Of a stretch of DNA of 64,000 bases, positions 35,962 to 44,518 are shown in pieces. The stretch lies in contig DATKMR010000014.1 of NCBI GenBank assembly GCA_035541795.1, positions 214,029 through 278,028 of the forward strand, given 5' to 3'. Each line of letters starts with the position of its first letter. Position 1 is the stretch's first letter. Origin of the DNA: Bacteroidales bacterium. GTDB taxonomy: Bacteria; Bacteroidota; Bacteroidia; Bacteroidales; VadinHA17. The position numbers and the translations under genes are program-made. The notes under the pieces are model-generated. The model worked only from the letters and a program-made list of their open reading frames with translations, was not told the DNA's origin and searched no databases.

Positions 35962-35990
35962 GAATAAAAAAGGGTGATGAATTCACCCTC
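35962..35990 (-). terminator. Rho-independent terminator downstream of tRNA-Pro
   Basis: On the minus strand, stem AGGGTGA / TCACCCT with a 5-nt loop, followed by TTTTTATT. Confidence 0.7.
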
Positions 35991-35995
35991 TTTTG

Positions 35996-36069
35996 TCGGG
36001 GTGATCCGACTTGAACGGACGACCCCTTGCACCCCATGCAAGTGCGCTAGCCAACTGCGCCACACCCCG
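35996..36069 (-). tRNA. tRNA-Pro (anticodon GGG)
   Basis: Hand-folded 74-nt cloverleaf from the minus strand: acceptor CGGGGTG/CACCCCG, D stem GCGC/GCGC, anticodon stem CTTGC/GCAAG with loop AT-GGG-GT, T arm GTCCG-TTCAAGT-CGGAT, discriminator A. No encoded CCA. Confidence 0.9.
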
Positions 36070-36251
36070 GTTGCCGGTACTGATCCTGAACACGACCGGC
36101 TAACTTGAAACGAAATGTTATCGTTTAAGTCCCCGCAAAAATAGTCAACAAATCCGATTCTGCAAAAACTGAATGTTTGCTTTCCAAACTTTCATCCGGA
36201 AATATTAATTTCCTACTTTTGATTCACAGAAAATCTAATATCCTACATTCT

Positions 36252-37451
36252 ATGAGCAAGACATTTTCCCGCAGAAAATTCTTCAACATCGTCGGCATCA
36301 GCACTGCCTTGCTGGCTGTAAGATCTTTAACTTCTAAAATATTCAGCAAAAGCCTCTCGACTCCTCCCCCTGAAAATCCTCAACAGGTAAAATCACCGGC
36401 AAAACCCTCTACTAATATTGCCGATGCACTTAAGGTCCCCAGATCAACAATTTCAATGCCCGGATTATTTCCAGGCAAGGTGGTTAATGTAACAAATTCA
36501 AAGTCAGTCAACGGCAATATCCCTTCCGAGACCGAGGCATATAAAATGATAGCAAAAGCCATGTCGGAACTGACCGGAGAATCCAGCCTCAAAAAGGCAT
36601 GGCAAATGTTCGTAAAACCGGGTGAGAAAATAGGGCTTAAAGTAAACCCTGTTGCGGGCAGGGAACTTGCAACAAGTCATGCAGTGGTTAAATCGGTGGT
36701 AAAGCAGCTTCTCTCAGCAGGAATTAAAAAAGAGGATATTGTAATCTGGGACAGGAGGGGACCCGATCTGGCTGATTGCGGGTTTAATAATGAAAATTAT
36801 CCCGGAATCAGGATAGCGGGTACCGAGGTAAAGGATGAGAAAGGTTCATTTTACGATGGTGAAGGAAAACTGTACGGCGAAAGGAACATTGACAAGGACT
36901 GGTATTATTTTGCCGATGTCGAGGAGAACTATGATTCTGAAACTCTCCCATATATGATAAATACAGGGAAATATTCATACTATTCAAAGATCGTGACAAA
37001 AGATGTAGATAAGATCATAAATATTCCGATCCTTAAAAACGCCGGTGCCTCAATTACCAATGCAATGAAGAACCTTGCATTCGGAGCAATCAGCAATACC
37101 AGCAGGCTCCATGCCTCTCTCTGGCATGAAACCTGCGCTGAAGTCTGTGCATTTGCCCCGATCCGCGACAAAGTGGTTCTGAATATCTGCGACGGACTGA
37201 GAGGTTGCTTCAACGGGGGTCCTGCAGCGAACCCCCAGTTTATATGTAATTATAACCTTCTCCTGGTCTCATCCGACCCGGTGGCTCTCGACAGGATCGC
37301 TTATGAGATTATAGCTGATAAAAGAATTGCCGAAGGCCTTCAGAAAAACAAATCACCCCAGGCATATTCTTTCCTGAAGAACGCTTCAGATCTGAACCTG
37401 GGAGTTTCAGAAATTGAAAAAATCAGTGTCAGAACAATAACCATGGGGTAA
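36252..37451 (+). CDS. Tat-signal DUF362 domain protein
   Basis: Leader MSKTFSRRKFFNIVGISTALLAV, then the DUF362-like pattern (KIGLKVNPVAG...IVIWDR). ATG 36252 is preferred over TTG 36177. Confidence 0.7.
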   Translation: MSKTFSRRKFFNIVGISTALLAVRSLTSKIFSKSLSTPPPENPQQVKSPAKPSTNIADALKVPRSTISMPGLFPGKVVNVTNSKSVNGNIPSETEAYKMIAKAMSELTGESSLKKAWQMFVKPGEKIGLKVNPVAGRELATSHAVVKSVVKQLLSAGIKKEDIVIWDRRGPDLADCGFNNENYPGIRIAGTEVKDEKGSFYDGEGKLYGERNIDKDWYYFADVEENYDSETLPYMINTGKYSYYSKIVTKDVDKIINIPILKNAGASITNAMKNLAFGAISNTSRLHASLWHETCAEVCAFAPIRDKVVLNICDGLRGCFNGGPAANPQFICNYNLLLVSSDPVALDRIAYEIIADKRIAEGLQKNKSPQAYSFLKNASDLNLGVSEIEKISVRTITMG

Positions 37452-37550
37452 GTGTTTAGAGAGTTAAAGTGATTAGTGAAATGAGGATAATGTAAAATTG
37501 AACGGGGAAAACGGTGTGTTACTACGAGTGAAGGCCCTCTTTCTATTCTT

Positions 37551-38435
37551 ATGCTATTTATGACTAGAATCTTTTTCTTCCTGTTTTTTATCATTGTACC
37601 GGTGAAAGTGGTTGCACAGGATAAGATCCCATCTCTTTCGGATAAGGACATTAAAGGTCTTAAGATTCAAAGAGTCAGGTCTTTTACCGGCGAGTCGCTT
37701 TACGGTTATATTGATGGCGGTGCTGACCTTTATCTCGAATATGGATTTTCAGAACTTAGTGTCACCGACCTGACAGTGAAGAGAAGCAGGCTGAAAACGG
37801 AAATATGGAAAATGACGGGCCCGGAACCGGCCTTCGGAATATTTTCAGTTTCCAGGTTTCGTTGCCCTTTCAAACCTGCCTTTACCGGTATGGCGTGCCA
37901 GAATAAGCACCAGGTCCAGTTTTGCCGGGGAAGGTTCTACGTGAATGTGATAAGTGAGGGGGAAAGCAAGGCTGACAGCTCTGCCATGTACGATGTATCC
38001 AGCTTAATTGCAGGCAGGCTGGCTGACGAAAGACCAGATCTTTCCGAATACCTTGCTGATCCTGACCAGCAAAAAATTCCTGAAGAATCAGTTCTTGTGA
38101 CGGGCAGGATCGGTATAAATAACGGTGCGACAGATTTTGAACCGTTCTTCAGAGGTACAAGCGGTTTCAGGGCATTGATATTCAAGGATAACGGGAATAC
38201 GATCGTCTCGGTGATTTTCAGGGACGGGCAGTCCCTTGATAAATTTATGAGAATTCATTCCTGGACGGTACTGCCTGAAGTCGGAAAATCGACCGTTATG
38301 CCTTCGGGGGAGAAGGTCATGCGAAAAAGCCTTCTCCACCTTGTTATTGAGATAAAGGAGGCATCGTCTTTTGATTTGAAAATGGAAGTGGAAAATAGTA
38401 GCAGGCAGATTCTGCCTTTAGTGACTACTGAATAG
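37551..38435 (+). CDS. Secreted hypothetical protein
   Basis: Signal peptide MLFMTRIFFFLFFIIVPVKVVAQ. It contains LYGYIDGGADLYLEYGF. No confident family assignment. Confidence 0.5.
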   Translation: MLFMTRIFFFLFFIIVPVKVVAQDKIPSLSDKDIKGLKIQRVRSFTGESLYGYIDGGADLYLEYGFSELSVTDLTVKRSRLKTEIWKMTGPEPAFGIFSVSRFRCPFKPAFTGMACQNKHQVQFCRGRFYVNVISEGESKADSSAMYDVSSLIAGRLADERPDLSEYLADPDQQKIPEESVLVTGRIGINNGATDFEPFFRGTSGFRALIFKDNGNTIVSVIFRDGQSLDKFMRIHSWTVLPEVGKSTVMPSGEKVMRKSLLHLVIEIKEASSFDLKMEVENSSRQILPLVTTE

Positions 38436-38467
38436 TATATTTGCACAATTAAACATCAAATTGGACC

Positions 38468-39463
38468 ATGGAAATATTTAAACCAATGGACCTGAACAAG
38501 GATCCAAAAAAAGTGAATATTGAAAACACAGAAAGATTAAAATGTCTGATAATAGGCTCAGGCCCGGCAGGTTATACCGCAGCAATTTATGCTGCCAGGG
38601 CTAACCTGGGGCCGGTACTTTACACTGGGTTGCAGATGGGGGGACAGCTTACCACCACAACTGAGGTGGACAATTTTCCAGGATACCCCGATGGTGTTAC
38701 CGGTCCGGAGATGATGGAACAGCTGAAAAGACAGGCTGAACGATTCGGGGCCGAGATCAGGTTTGGCATTGCTACCGCTGTCGACTTTTCGGGGCATCCT
38801 CATAAGGTAACCATTGATGACACGATTGTTATTCTGGCAGATGCGGTTATAATTGCAACTGGGGCCACTGCAAAATACCTTGGCATCCCGGGTGAGACGA
38901 ATTATGCAGGAATGGGAGTTTCGGCATGTGCTACCTGCGACGGATTTTTTTACAGGGGGAAGGATGTTGCTGTTGTAGGCGGAGGTGATACTGCTGCTGA
39001 AGAAGCTACCTATCTTGCAGGATTATGCAGGAAAGTTTATCTGATTGTAAGAAGGGATGTTCTCAGGGCATCAAAGGCAATGCAGGAAAGAGTTAAAAAG
39101 ACCGAAAATATAGAGGTGATCTGGGAACACCAGGTAGTCGACCTGTATGGTGAAAATGGTGTCGAGGGGGCAATCCTTGTAAGCAGGAAAGGAACACCAC
39201 AGGAGAAAGAGGTTAAGATAAATATTGATGGCTTTTTCCTTGCCATAGGACATAAACCGAATTCTGAAGTTTTTAAAAAATACCTTGAAACCGATGAGGT
39301 AGGATATATCAAAACGACTCCCGGGTCATCGCGGACCAAAGTTCCCGGGGTATTTGCAGCAGGGGATGTCCAGGATCCAGTTTACAGGCAGGCAGTAACA
39401 GCTGCCGGATCGGGATGCATGGCAGCGATCGACGCAGAAAGATACCTCTCGGAGCTTCATTGA
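38468..39463 (+). CDS. trxB: Thioredoxin-disulfide reductase (canonical, NADPH-type)
   Basis: GSGPAG, CATCDG, GGGDTAAEEA and an intact VRRDVLRA NADPH motif. Confidence 0.9.
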   Translation: MEIFKPMDLNKDPKKVNIENTERLKCLIIGSGPAGYTAAIYAARANLGPVLYTGLQMGGQLTTTTEVDNFPGYPDGVTGPEMMEQLKRQAERFGAEIRFGIATAVDFSGHPHKVTIDDTIVILADAVIIATGATAKYLGIPGETNYAGMGVSACATCDGFFYRGKDVAVVGGGDTAAEEATYLAGLCRKVYLIVRRDVLRASKAMQERVKKTENIEVIWEHQVVDLYGENGVEGAILVSRKGTPQEKEVKINIDGFFLAIGHKPNSEVFKKYLETDEVGYIKTTPGSSRTKVPGVFAAGDVQDPVYRQAVTAAGSGCMAAIDAERYLSELH

Positions 39464-39494
39464 AAAATTCCTCAAACCAACTCATACATTCAAA

Positions 39495-39881
39495 ATGAAA
39501 ACGTTCAAAAAGACATTCATGATCAGCGCCGAGCCGGCAGATGTATATGCGGCACTGACGAACCCTTATACAATTGAACTCTGGTCGGGGTACCCTGCAA
39601 TAATGTCGGAAGAACCAGGGTCTGAATTCTCACTCTGGGAAGGAGATATAACAGGGAAGAACATTGAATTTGTCAGGGACAAGAAGGTTGTTCAGCAATG
39701 GTATTTCGGAGAGCAGGAAGCAAAATCAATAGTGACTATTGTAATTCAACCTGAAAACGGGAAATCATCAGTAACCGTTGAGCATACAAACATACCTGAT
39801 GAAGAGTATGATGGATTTGCTGAAGGCTGGAAGGATTTTTACTTTGATGCCATTAACAGCTTTTTTAACCCTAACTTCTGA
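39495..39881 (+). CDS. SRPBCC/Aha1-like (START-fold) protein
   Basis: 128 aa. ADVYAALTNPYTIELWSG... is typical of activator-of-Hsp90-ATPase-homologue-like SRPBCC proteins. Confidence 0.65.
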   Translation: MKTFKKTFMISAEPADVYAALTNPYTIELWSGYPAIMSEEPGSEFSLWEGDITGKNIEFVRDKKVVQQWYFGEQEAKSIVTIVIQPENGKSSVTVEHTNIPDEEYDGFAEGWKDFYFDAINSFFNPNF

Positions 39882-39883
39882 TT

Positions 39884-40558
39884 TCAGTTCAGGTTTATAA
39901 AGTTCTGCCTTCGCATCAGGCTTTCATCCATAATACTGAATATATCCTCAGTACATGCCAGGATAAGGGATGCAATTCCCTTGTACGATTTTGTAATCGC
40001 CTGTGCCTGAACCTTTCTGTTCCATTCGGGCAGCCATGAAAGGAGGTGGAGGCTGATGAAGCGTTTTATCTCATTCCTCATTTCAATATTGCACACCTCA
40101 TCATCCATCTCAAAGTATTTTTGAATCATCAGGGTCAGAAAAAGGAGCTCGACACCTAGATGATCATCCGGAAAATGGTTTTTAAACTTTGATTCCCAGC
40201 CATAGGAGCTGTAAAACTGAGTTGCCCTGTCTTTGCCGACCGACGTGGCTTCCCTTATTCTTGATTCCACCGGAGGTGCGGTAAGAGATCCGCCTTCTGC
40301 GAACATGGATCCGAAATCAGCCATCATCATCTCATAACTGCTTCCAGGATCATCTACAGATTCCCTCAATGCCGATGCTGCAAACATGAACCTGGGGTTG
40401 CCGCTGGTTACAGGCAGTTTCTTCAGTATTTCCTGTTTCCAGAAATCCTGTATACATTCAGTGGACGGATCCCACATTATCATTGTACCTGAAAAGTAGA
40501 GCAGCATATTGTATGCCTTCAGAATATTCTTTTCTTCTGTTTTCAGGCTGTTATCCAT
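39884..40558 (-). CDS. TorD/DmsD-like redox-enzyme maturation chaperone (tentative)
   Basis: All-helical 224 aa protein with the PDDHLGVELLFL motif characteristic of TorD-family chaperones. Confidence 0.55.
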   Translation of the reverse strand: MDNSLKTEEKNILKAYNMLLYFSGTMIMWDPSTECIQDFWKQEILKKLPVTSGNPRFMFAASALRESVDDPGSSYEMMMADFGSMFAEGGSLTAPPVESRIREATSVGKDRATQFYSSYGWESKFKNHFPDDHLGVELLFLTLMIQKYFEMDDEVCNIEMRNEIKRFISLHLLSWLPEWNRKVQAQAITKSYKGIASLILACTEDIFSIMDESLMRRQNFINLN

Positions 40559-40671
40559 TGGAGTCAGTTACCGCTTTAATAAATTGATGTCAGCCGCTTA
40601 CCCGCGGCAGGTTCAACGTATAATTAACTTCTGAAAAAGAAAATTGTTCGGGGGAACAGATAAAATATCAT

Positions 40672-40699
40672 AAAAAAAGCCGCATCATATGACGCGGCT
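40672..40699 (-). terminator. Probable intrinsic terminator after the alpha-oxoamine synthase gene
   Basis: The minus strand reads AGCCGCGTCATATGATGCGGCT followed by TTTTTTT. The stem is imperfect, with one mismatch. Confidence 0.5.
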
Positions 40700-40718
40700 C
40701 AGATATGTATTAATCCCG

Positions 40719-41996
40719 TTATTTTGAAAAATCCGCCATTTCGTGGGGGTAGACATCATTATCAACCTTATACTTGAGTTCGGAAAATGCTTTGATAGTA
40801 TATGCGACATCCTCCAGACTATGAGATGATGTGGGTATTATCCTGAGCATCACAACATCCCTTGGCACAACAGGGTAAATAACAACAGAACAGAAAATTC
40901 CATAGTTTTCCCTGAGGTCGTAAATAAGCTGGGTAACCTGCTCCAGCTGGCATTTCATAAACACCGGAGTTACAGGTGATTCAGTCTTGCCAAGATCGAG
41001 CCCGGCTTCCTTAAGTCCTTTCTGCAGAGCCCTGACTATCGTCCACAGCTTTTCCCTGTATTCGGGATGTTCCTTTATCAGTTCAAGCCTTTTGATAGCA
41101 CCGATTGTCATCGCCATCGGAAGAGATTTGGCATAAATCTGCGAACGAAGGTTAAACCTGAGGTAGGTTACCACCTCTTTCGTACTCGCAACAAATGCAC
41201 CAATCCCTGCCATTGATTTTGCGAATGTCGCAAAATATACATCTATGTCGTCCTGCACACCGAAATGTTCACCGGTTCCCGCACCTGTTTTCCCCATCGT
41301 TCCGAAGCCATGAGCATCATCAACCAGGAAGCGGAATTTGTACTTCTTCTTGAGAGCTGCAATTTTATCCAGTTTTCCAAGATCGCCTGCCATTCCGAAA
41401 ACACCTTCGGTAATTACAAGGATGCCGCCTCCTGTCTCCTCGACAATTTTTGTAGCTCTCTGAAGCTGTTTTTCGCAGCTTTCGATGTCGTTATGCGGAT
41501 AAACGAACCTTTTGCCGATATGCAGCCTGAGTCCGTCCATTATGCAAGCATGTGATTCCGAATCATATACTATAACATCGTGTCGATCGACAAGAGCATC
41601 GATGATTGATACCATTCCCTGGTACCCGAAGTTCATAAGATAGGCAGCCTCCTTATTCACAAATTCAGCGGCCATTTTTTCAAACTTCTCGTGAGTCGTA
41701 GTTTGTCCCGACATCATTCTTGCTCCCATAGGGTACGCGAGACCGTACTGAGCAGCCGCTTCAGCATCTGCTTTTCTGACTTCCGGGTTATTGGCTAATC
41801 CAAGATAGTTATTGAGACTCCAGGTAAGGACCTCCTTACCCCTGAATTTCATCCGGGGGGCTATCTCACCCTCAAGTTTTGGAAACATGAAGTAGCCGTC
41901 GGCTACACCAGAATACTGACCAAGAGCGCCTTTGGTAGAATTGATTTTATTAAAGATATCCATGATTGATTGTCTGTTTATTTTAAACTGCGACAA
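40719..41996 (-). CDS. PLP-dependent alpha-oxoamine synthase (KBL / 8-amino-7-oxononanoate synthase / serine palmitoyltransferase family)
   Basis: WSLNNYLGLANNPEV, DDAHGFG and the FAKS PLP-lysine region are typical of the AONS/SPT family. Confidence 0.85.
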   Translation of the reverse strand: MSQFKINRQSIMDIFNKINSTKGALGQYSGVADGYFMFPKLEGEIAPRMKFRGKEVLTWSLNNYLGLANNPEVRKADAEAAAQYGLAYPMGARMMSGQTTTHEKFEKMAAEFVNKEAAYLMNFGYQGMVSIIDALVDRHDVIVYDSESHACIMDGLRLHIGKRFVYPHNDIESCEKQLQRATKIVEETGGGILVITEGVFGMAGDLGKLDKIAALKKKYKFRFLVDDAHGFGTMGKTGAGTGEHFGVQDDIDVYFATFAKSMAGIGAFVASTKEVVTYLRFNLRSQIYAKSLPMAMTIGAIKRLELIKEHPEYREKLWTIVRALQKGLKEAGLDLGKTESPVTPVFMKCQLEQVTQLIYDLRENYGIFCSVVIYPVVPRDVVMLRIIPTSSHSLEDVAYTIKAFSELKYKVDNDVYPHEMADFSK

Positions 41997-42139
41997 AAGT
42001 AAGGATAATCAGTTATATCCTGATAAGATTTTATACCTAATTTGCCCGATACAGCCTGAGGGGGCAATAGCCGGATAAAATTTGCGTTTTTATATCATGA
42101 TTAAAAAAAATTAAGTACTTTTGCGCAACATTTTTTGAT

Positions 42140-42958
42140 ATGAAGATCAGATACATAATATTCCTGGTACTAGCGCTTATACTTGTTTCCTGCAGCCAGT
42201 ACAGCAAGCTTCTTAAGAGCACTGATTACGAACTTAAGAAGAATAAAGCAAAGGAGTATTTTGAGAATGGTGATTTTTCCAGGGTCACGCAGCTTCTTGA
42301 ACAGATCATACCCAGATACAGGGCCACGGATGAAGCTGAGGATCTTACCTGGATGAGCGCACAAAGCTATTATGGCATGAAGGACTTCATGATGGCCGGT
42401 GCCGAATTCAGGAATTATGCAAACCTTTACCCTTATGGCAAGCATGATGAGGAGGCTAACTTCCTTGCTGCCATGTGCGATTATTATCAGTCGCCCAGGC
42501 CCGAGCTGGACCAGGCAAGCACCACCAGCGCGATAGAATCTTTTTCACTTTTCATAAGTAAATATCCTTCCAGCCAGAGAGCCGTTGAAGCTAAAAATTA
42601 TGTTAAGGAGATGAAAGATAAGCTCTCGGAGAAATCGTACCTCAGCGCGAGACTTTATTACAGGATGGACCAGTATAAGGCTGCAGTAACGGCATTGTCG
42701 AACAGCCTGAAGGAATTTCCTGAGACTAAATTCAGGCATGAGATGATGTTCCTGAAGCTGAATTCACTTTACCTTTATGCTGTAAACAGCATACCTTCAA
42801 AGCAGACAGAACGGTTCCAGTCAGCTCTCGACGATTATTACTCCTTCATTGAAGAATTTCCCAAAACGTCCTATTCAAAGGATCTTGCTAGAATATACCA
42901 GGCCACGACAAAGGCTCTGAAAATCAATATTGATCAAACTCAAACAAATAGCAAATAA
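42140..42958 (+). CDS. bamD: Outer membrane protein assembly factor BamD (TPR lipoprotein)
   Basis: Lipoprotein signal LALILVSCS and TPR-like repeats, in the conserved position upstream of rpoZ-coaBC in Bacteroidota. Confidence 0.8.
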   Translation: MKIRYIIFLVLALILVSCSQYSKLLKSTDYELKKNKAKEYFENGDFSRVTQLLEQIIPRYRATDEAEDLTWMSAQSYYGMKDFMMAGAEFRNYANLYPYGKHDEEANFLAAMCDYYQSPRPELDQASTTSAIESFSLFISKYPSSQRAVEAKNYVKEMKDKLSEKSYLSARLYYRMDQYKAAVTALSNSLKEFPETKFRHEMMFLKLNSLYLYAVNSIPSKQTERFQSALDDYYSFIEEFPKTSYSKDLARIYQATTKALKINIDQTQTNSK

Positions 42959-42960
42959 TA

Positions 42961-43296
42961 ATGGACTATAGAAAAACAAATGCACCGGTAACAACCATTA
43001 CGCGTAACCTTGAGACCCTCAACACGGGAACTGAGAATGTGTACGAGACCGTTATCGTTGTATCGAGAAGGGCCAACCAGATTTCGGTGGAAATGAAGCA
43101 GGAACTGAACAAAAAGCTTGAGGAGTTTGCATCATATACCGACAACCTGGAAGAGGTGTTTGAGAACCGAGAACAGATAGAAATATCTAAATTCTATGAG
43201 AGGCTGCCGAAGCCTACTCTTATAGCATTGCAGGAATTCGAAGAGTCAAAGATATTCTTCAGGAATCCTGACAAAACTGCAAAACCGAAGAGCTAG
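42961..43296 (+). CDS. rpoZ: DNA-directed RNA polymerase omega subunit-like protein
   Basis: NVYETVIVVSRRANQI resembles the omega NRYxLVxxAAxRARQL motif, and the synteny fits. Confidence 0.65.
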   Translation: MDYRKTNAPVTTITRNLETLNTGTENVYETVIVVSRRANQISVEMKQELNKKLEEFASYTDNLEEVFENREQIEISKFYERLPKPTLIALQEFEESKIFFRNPDKTAKPKS

Positions 43297-43304
43297 TAGC
43301 CAAT

Positions 43305-43856
43305 ATGCTTAATGGCCGGAAAATACTTGTTGGTGTTACCGGGGGTATTGCTGCCTACAAAACAGCTACGGTAATCAGGCTTCTTGTTAAGGATGGTGCG
43401 GAAGTCAGGGTGGTGATGACATCCCATGCCAGGGAGTTTATAACACCACTGACACTTGCAACATTATCGAAAAACCCGGTCCTGACCGAGTTCTTCAGCC
43501 CGGAAAACGGGAGCTGGAACAGCCACATTGACCTTGGCATCTGGGCTGATCTTCTCCTGATAGCTCCGGCTACTGCAAATACAATAGCAAAAATGTCAGC
43601 CGGCATCGCCGATAACCTGCTTCTTACAACTTATCTTTCAGCACGGTGCCCGGTAATGATCGCCCCATCGATGGACACCGATATGCTTAACCATCCTGCG
43701 ACAATAAAAAACATTGAGGCCATCAGATCGTTCGGGAATATTATCCTGGATCCTGAGAGCGGCGAGCTTGCAAGCGGGCTTTCGGGTAAGGGAAGGATGG
43801 TTGAACCGGAAGAAATAGTTAAAGAGATTGATAAGCTCTTCTCAAAAAAGATCTGA
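43305..43856 (+). CDS. coaBC: Phosphopantothenoylcysteine decarboxylase (CoaC half of CoaBC), ORF terminated by a frameshift
   Basis: Flavoprotein motifs GVTGGIAAYK and PAMN-like APSMD. It ends at ...DKLFSKKI* immediately after an A6 run (43844-43849). Confidence 0.8.
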   Translation: MLNGRKILVGVTGGIAAYKTATVIRLLVKDGAEVRVVMTSHAREFITPLTLATLSKNPVLTEFFSPENGSWNSHIDLGIWADLLLIAPATANTIAKMSAGIADNLLLTTYLSARCPVMIAPSMDTDMLNHPATIKNIEAIRSFGNIILDPESGELASGLSGKGRMVEPEEIVKEIDKLFSKKI

Positions 43857-44511
43857 TTCCCTGAAAGGAAAGCACCTTCTCATTAATGCTGGTCCTACAA
43901 GGGAAAACATCGATCCGGTAAGATTCATCAGCAATCATTCCTCCGGTAAGATGGGCATTGCAATTGCACAGGAAGCTTCGGGGATGGGAGCAGAAGTGAC
44001 TCTTGTCCTGGGTCCGGTCAGCATTGTTCCGGAGGGAAAAAACATCAATGTAATCAATGTGGTGACTGCAGCGGAGATGGCTTCGGAATGCATCAGAATA
44101 TTCCCCTGCTGTGATATTGCCATCCTGGCGGCCGCGGTTGCTGACTTCACACCTGAGAATTACTCTCCCGTAAAGGTGAAGAAGAGCGGTGAGGGCCTGG
44201 TAATAAGGCTTAAACCGACAGTGGATATTGCGATTGAACTTGGCATGATGAAGAGGACAGATCAGCTGATTGCGGGATTTGCGCTTGAAACGGATAATGA
44301 GCTTGAGAATGCCCGTAAAAAGATGCTTCGTAAAAACATGGATATCATTGTTTTAAATTCTCTCAGGGATGAAGGAGCCGGTTTTGGCCACGATACTAAC
44401 ATCATCACAATAATCGACAAATACAATAATATTGATAAATTTGGGTTAAAATCCAAGCAGGAAGCTGCAGCTGATATACTTGGGAAAATCATAAGGATGA
44501 CAATGAAATAA
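43828..44511 (+). CDS. coaBC: Phosphopantothenate-cysteine ligase (CoaB half of CoaBC), in the +1 frame relative to the CoaC half
   Basis: LKGKHLLINAGPTRENIDPVRFISNHSSGKMG is the canonical CoaB N-terminus. The ORF opens at TTG 43828 and overlaps the CoaC ORF by 29 nt. Confidence 0.8.
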   Translation: MISSSQKRSDSLKGKHLLINAGPTRENIDPVRFISNHSSGKMGIAIAQEASGMGAEVTLVLGPVSIVPEGKNINVINVVTAAEMASECIRIFPCCDIAILAAAVADFTPENYSPVKVKKSGEGLVIRLKPTVDIAIELGMMKRTDQLIAGFALETDNELENARKKMLRKNMDIIVLNSLRDEGAGFGHDTNIITIIDKYNNIDKFGLKSKQEAAADILGKIIRMTMK

Positions 44512-44518
44512 CCGGGCA

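Noticed and set aside
35825-36037. 70-aa minus-strand ORF overlapping tRNA-Pro
   Set aside because: It overlaps a cleanly folding tRNA and its terminator, so it is spurious.
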